A DNA stretch of 64,000 bases from Acidobacteriota bacterium. Its GTDB lineage: Bacteria > Acidobacteriota > UBA6911 > RPQK01 > JAJDTT01. Of this stretch, positions 62,701 to 64,000 are shown in pieces. Each line of letters begins with the position of its first letter. Position 1 is the first letter of the stretch. The translations under genes and the position numbers were made by a program. Under the pieces are notes generated by a model, which was not told where the DNA came from, made no database searches, and saw only the letters and a list, made by a program, of their open reading frames with translations. Location of the stretch: NCBI GenBank assembly GCA_965263035.1, contig OZ253580.1:608001-672000 (forward strand), in the 5' to 3' direction.

Positions 62701-62924
62701 ACTACTTCCACTGCCGCGGAGAAATGCAGCGCTCGACGGCACCCTTCCACGTCATTCGGAACAGTTACCATTTGGCACTCGACAGCGTCCCCGCCTGGGT
62801 CTGCAACCAGTGCGGTGAAACATATTTCGAGGAACCGGAGGTGGTCGCCATCCAGACGGCGATCCGCACTCTCGATGACCAGACCCGACAACTTGCGGCA
62901 GAACCGGCAAGGCAAGATCGATGA
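62697..62924 (+). CDS. YgiT-type zinc finger (MqsA-like) antitoxin
   Basis: VPAWVCNQCGETYF; ATGA overlap with the DUF4258-like gene. Confidence 0.8.
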   Translation: MNYFHCRGEMQRSTAPFHVIRNSYHLALDSVPAWVCNQCGETYFEEPEVVAIQTAIRTLDDQTRQLAAEPARQDR

Positions 62925-63099
62925 CGGGCGAAAAAGAAGCGCCGGGTCTCATTCCCCGCCAGGCTCGAGGATGACTGACAGGAGCCGCTCTGGACGGATA
63001 GATTCAGTGGCTGTTCAGGAATCCTGTGAAGTTAATGCTCACACGCAGGTCCCTGTCGTCATTCGTTCAGTGCCTTGTTCCGTGGACCTGGGCGACAAG

Positions 63100-63365
63100 C
63101 TCGAAGATTATACGTGGCTGCGGAAGCGTCCCGGCGCCGACACAGGAGTTGAGTGCACCAACTTTCCCGGCGGCCGCGACTTCGACGGCAACCGCTGGAA
63201 CAACTTGCACTACACATACGCCACTAAACGAGTCGCACGTTCGCAACGAGCCGCCAAGGAGGGATCACCATCTTGAGGACGTTAGGATCCACGGACGTGG
63301 AGTGTCGCGATCTCTTTTCCCGCGGCCACGACCTGTTCTCCCAGTTGCAGTTAGTCAGGAATCTG
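63100..63365 (+). repeat. diverged direct copy of pglX 3' end and start of next gene (~61960-62225)
   Basis: RDFDGNRWNNLHYT vs RDFDGNRWNDLHYT; MRTLGSTDVECRDLFSRG vs MRTPLFTEVEFRDFLSRG. Confidence 0.8.
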
Positions 63366-63679
63366 AATGGCTACAGGCCGACCGAGAACATACTCCAGGT
63401 GATTCGAAACACGATTGCCGAGATGTACGAAAGAAATCCGGAATTAAGCCCACGGTATCACCTCGTCCCAGCGTGTTTCATTACATTGCGGTCACGACGT
63501 ACTCGGCGCCGAGCTGCATTCCTGCTCGGCAGACAGATCTTCTTAAGGCTCCAATCCACCAGCAAGATTCGATCTCACTTTTTCCTGAACGAAGACGAGT
63601 CCCCGGGAGAACAGGTCAACGACATGCGTATAACGACTGCGAGACAGTAAATGCAGCGCCCACGAGTCGAGGCACAATC

Positions 63680-64000
63680 ATGACATCCGTTCAAAGCCGA
63701 AATTGGCGATACCCGGGAGCCCGTTGGTGGAAGTTTGACTTCCACACGCATACGCCTGCCTCACACGACACACATTGGTACAGAAGCAACCAAAACAGAC
63801 TGACGCCGCATCAATGGTTGCAACGCTTCATGGATGCAGGAATTGATTGTATCGGCGTAACCGATCACAACAGTGGAGCCTGGATCGACGAACTCAAAGC
63901 TGCTTATGAGGAAATCCAACAGGACAGAGCGGATGGGTTTCGAGAACTGCATCTCTTCCCAGGCGTGGAAATTTCCGTCAACGGCGGCTTCCACCTATTG
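63680..64000 (+). CDS. PHP-domain protein, probably PHP+ATPase (TrlF/Ppl-like); partial
   Basis: Not in ORF track; manual translation YPGARWWKFDFHTHTPAS..VTDHNSG..LFPGVEISVNGGFHLL. Confidence 0.82.
   Translation, partial: MTSVQSRNWRYPGARWWKFDFHTHTPASHDTHWYRSNQNRLTPHQWLQRFMDAGIDCIGVTDHNSGAWIDELKAAYEEIQQDRADGFRELHLFPGVEISVNGGFHLL

Noticed and set aside
63273-63650. 125-aa ORF as an independent gene
   Set aside because: Its start is a decayed copy of the Schlafen-like N-terminus and the rest is featureless.

Overview
GC-rich bacterial chromosome segment; the ankyrin protein, many toxin-antitoxin (TA) pairs and gene content suggest a host-associated (e.g. sponge-symbiont-like) Acidobacteriota-type genome, but taxonomy is inference only. 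1-41 kb is mostly housekeeping: Gld-like ABC transporter, ispG, gap-pgk-tpiA-secG-tRNA-Leu(GAG), lipid A acyltransferase, lhr, manC, glcE/glcF, LOG, hemW, lepA, an SDR, an ankyrin-repeat protein, an AddAB-like pair, a DMT and a tartrate/IPM-type dehydrogenase. A small decayed defence islet (two TA pairs, collapsed type I RM, M48 peptidase) lies 3' of the tRNA. 41-64 kb is an eroding accessory region: a duplicated GHL10-like/aminotransferase-V cassette, nested IS elements and a BREX type-1-like locus with embedded cargo. The best-supported find is an IS110 element (45129-46685) whose 5' non-coding end carries four short segments matching its own target and donor junctions as a bridge RNA should; it is inserted in the left end of an IS1182 element. 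Two 109-bp CTAG-flanked MITEs share that IS1182 terminal repeat, and one of them interrupts pglX.
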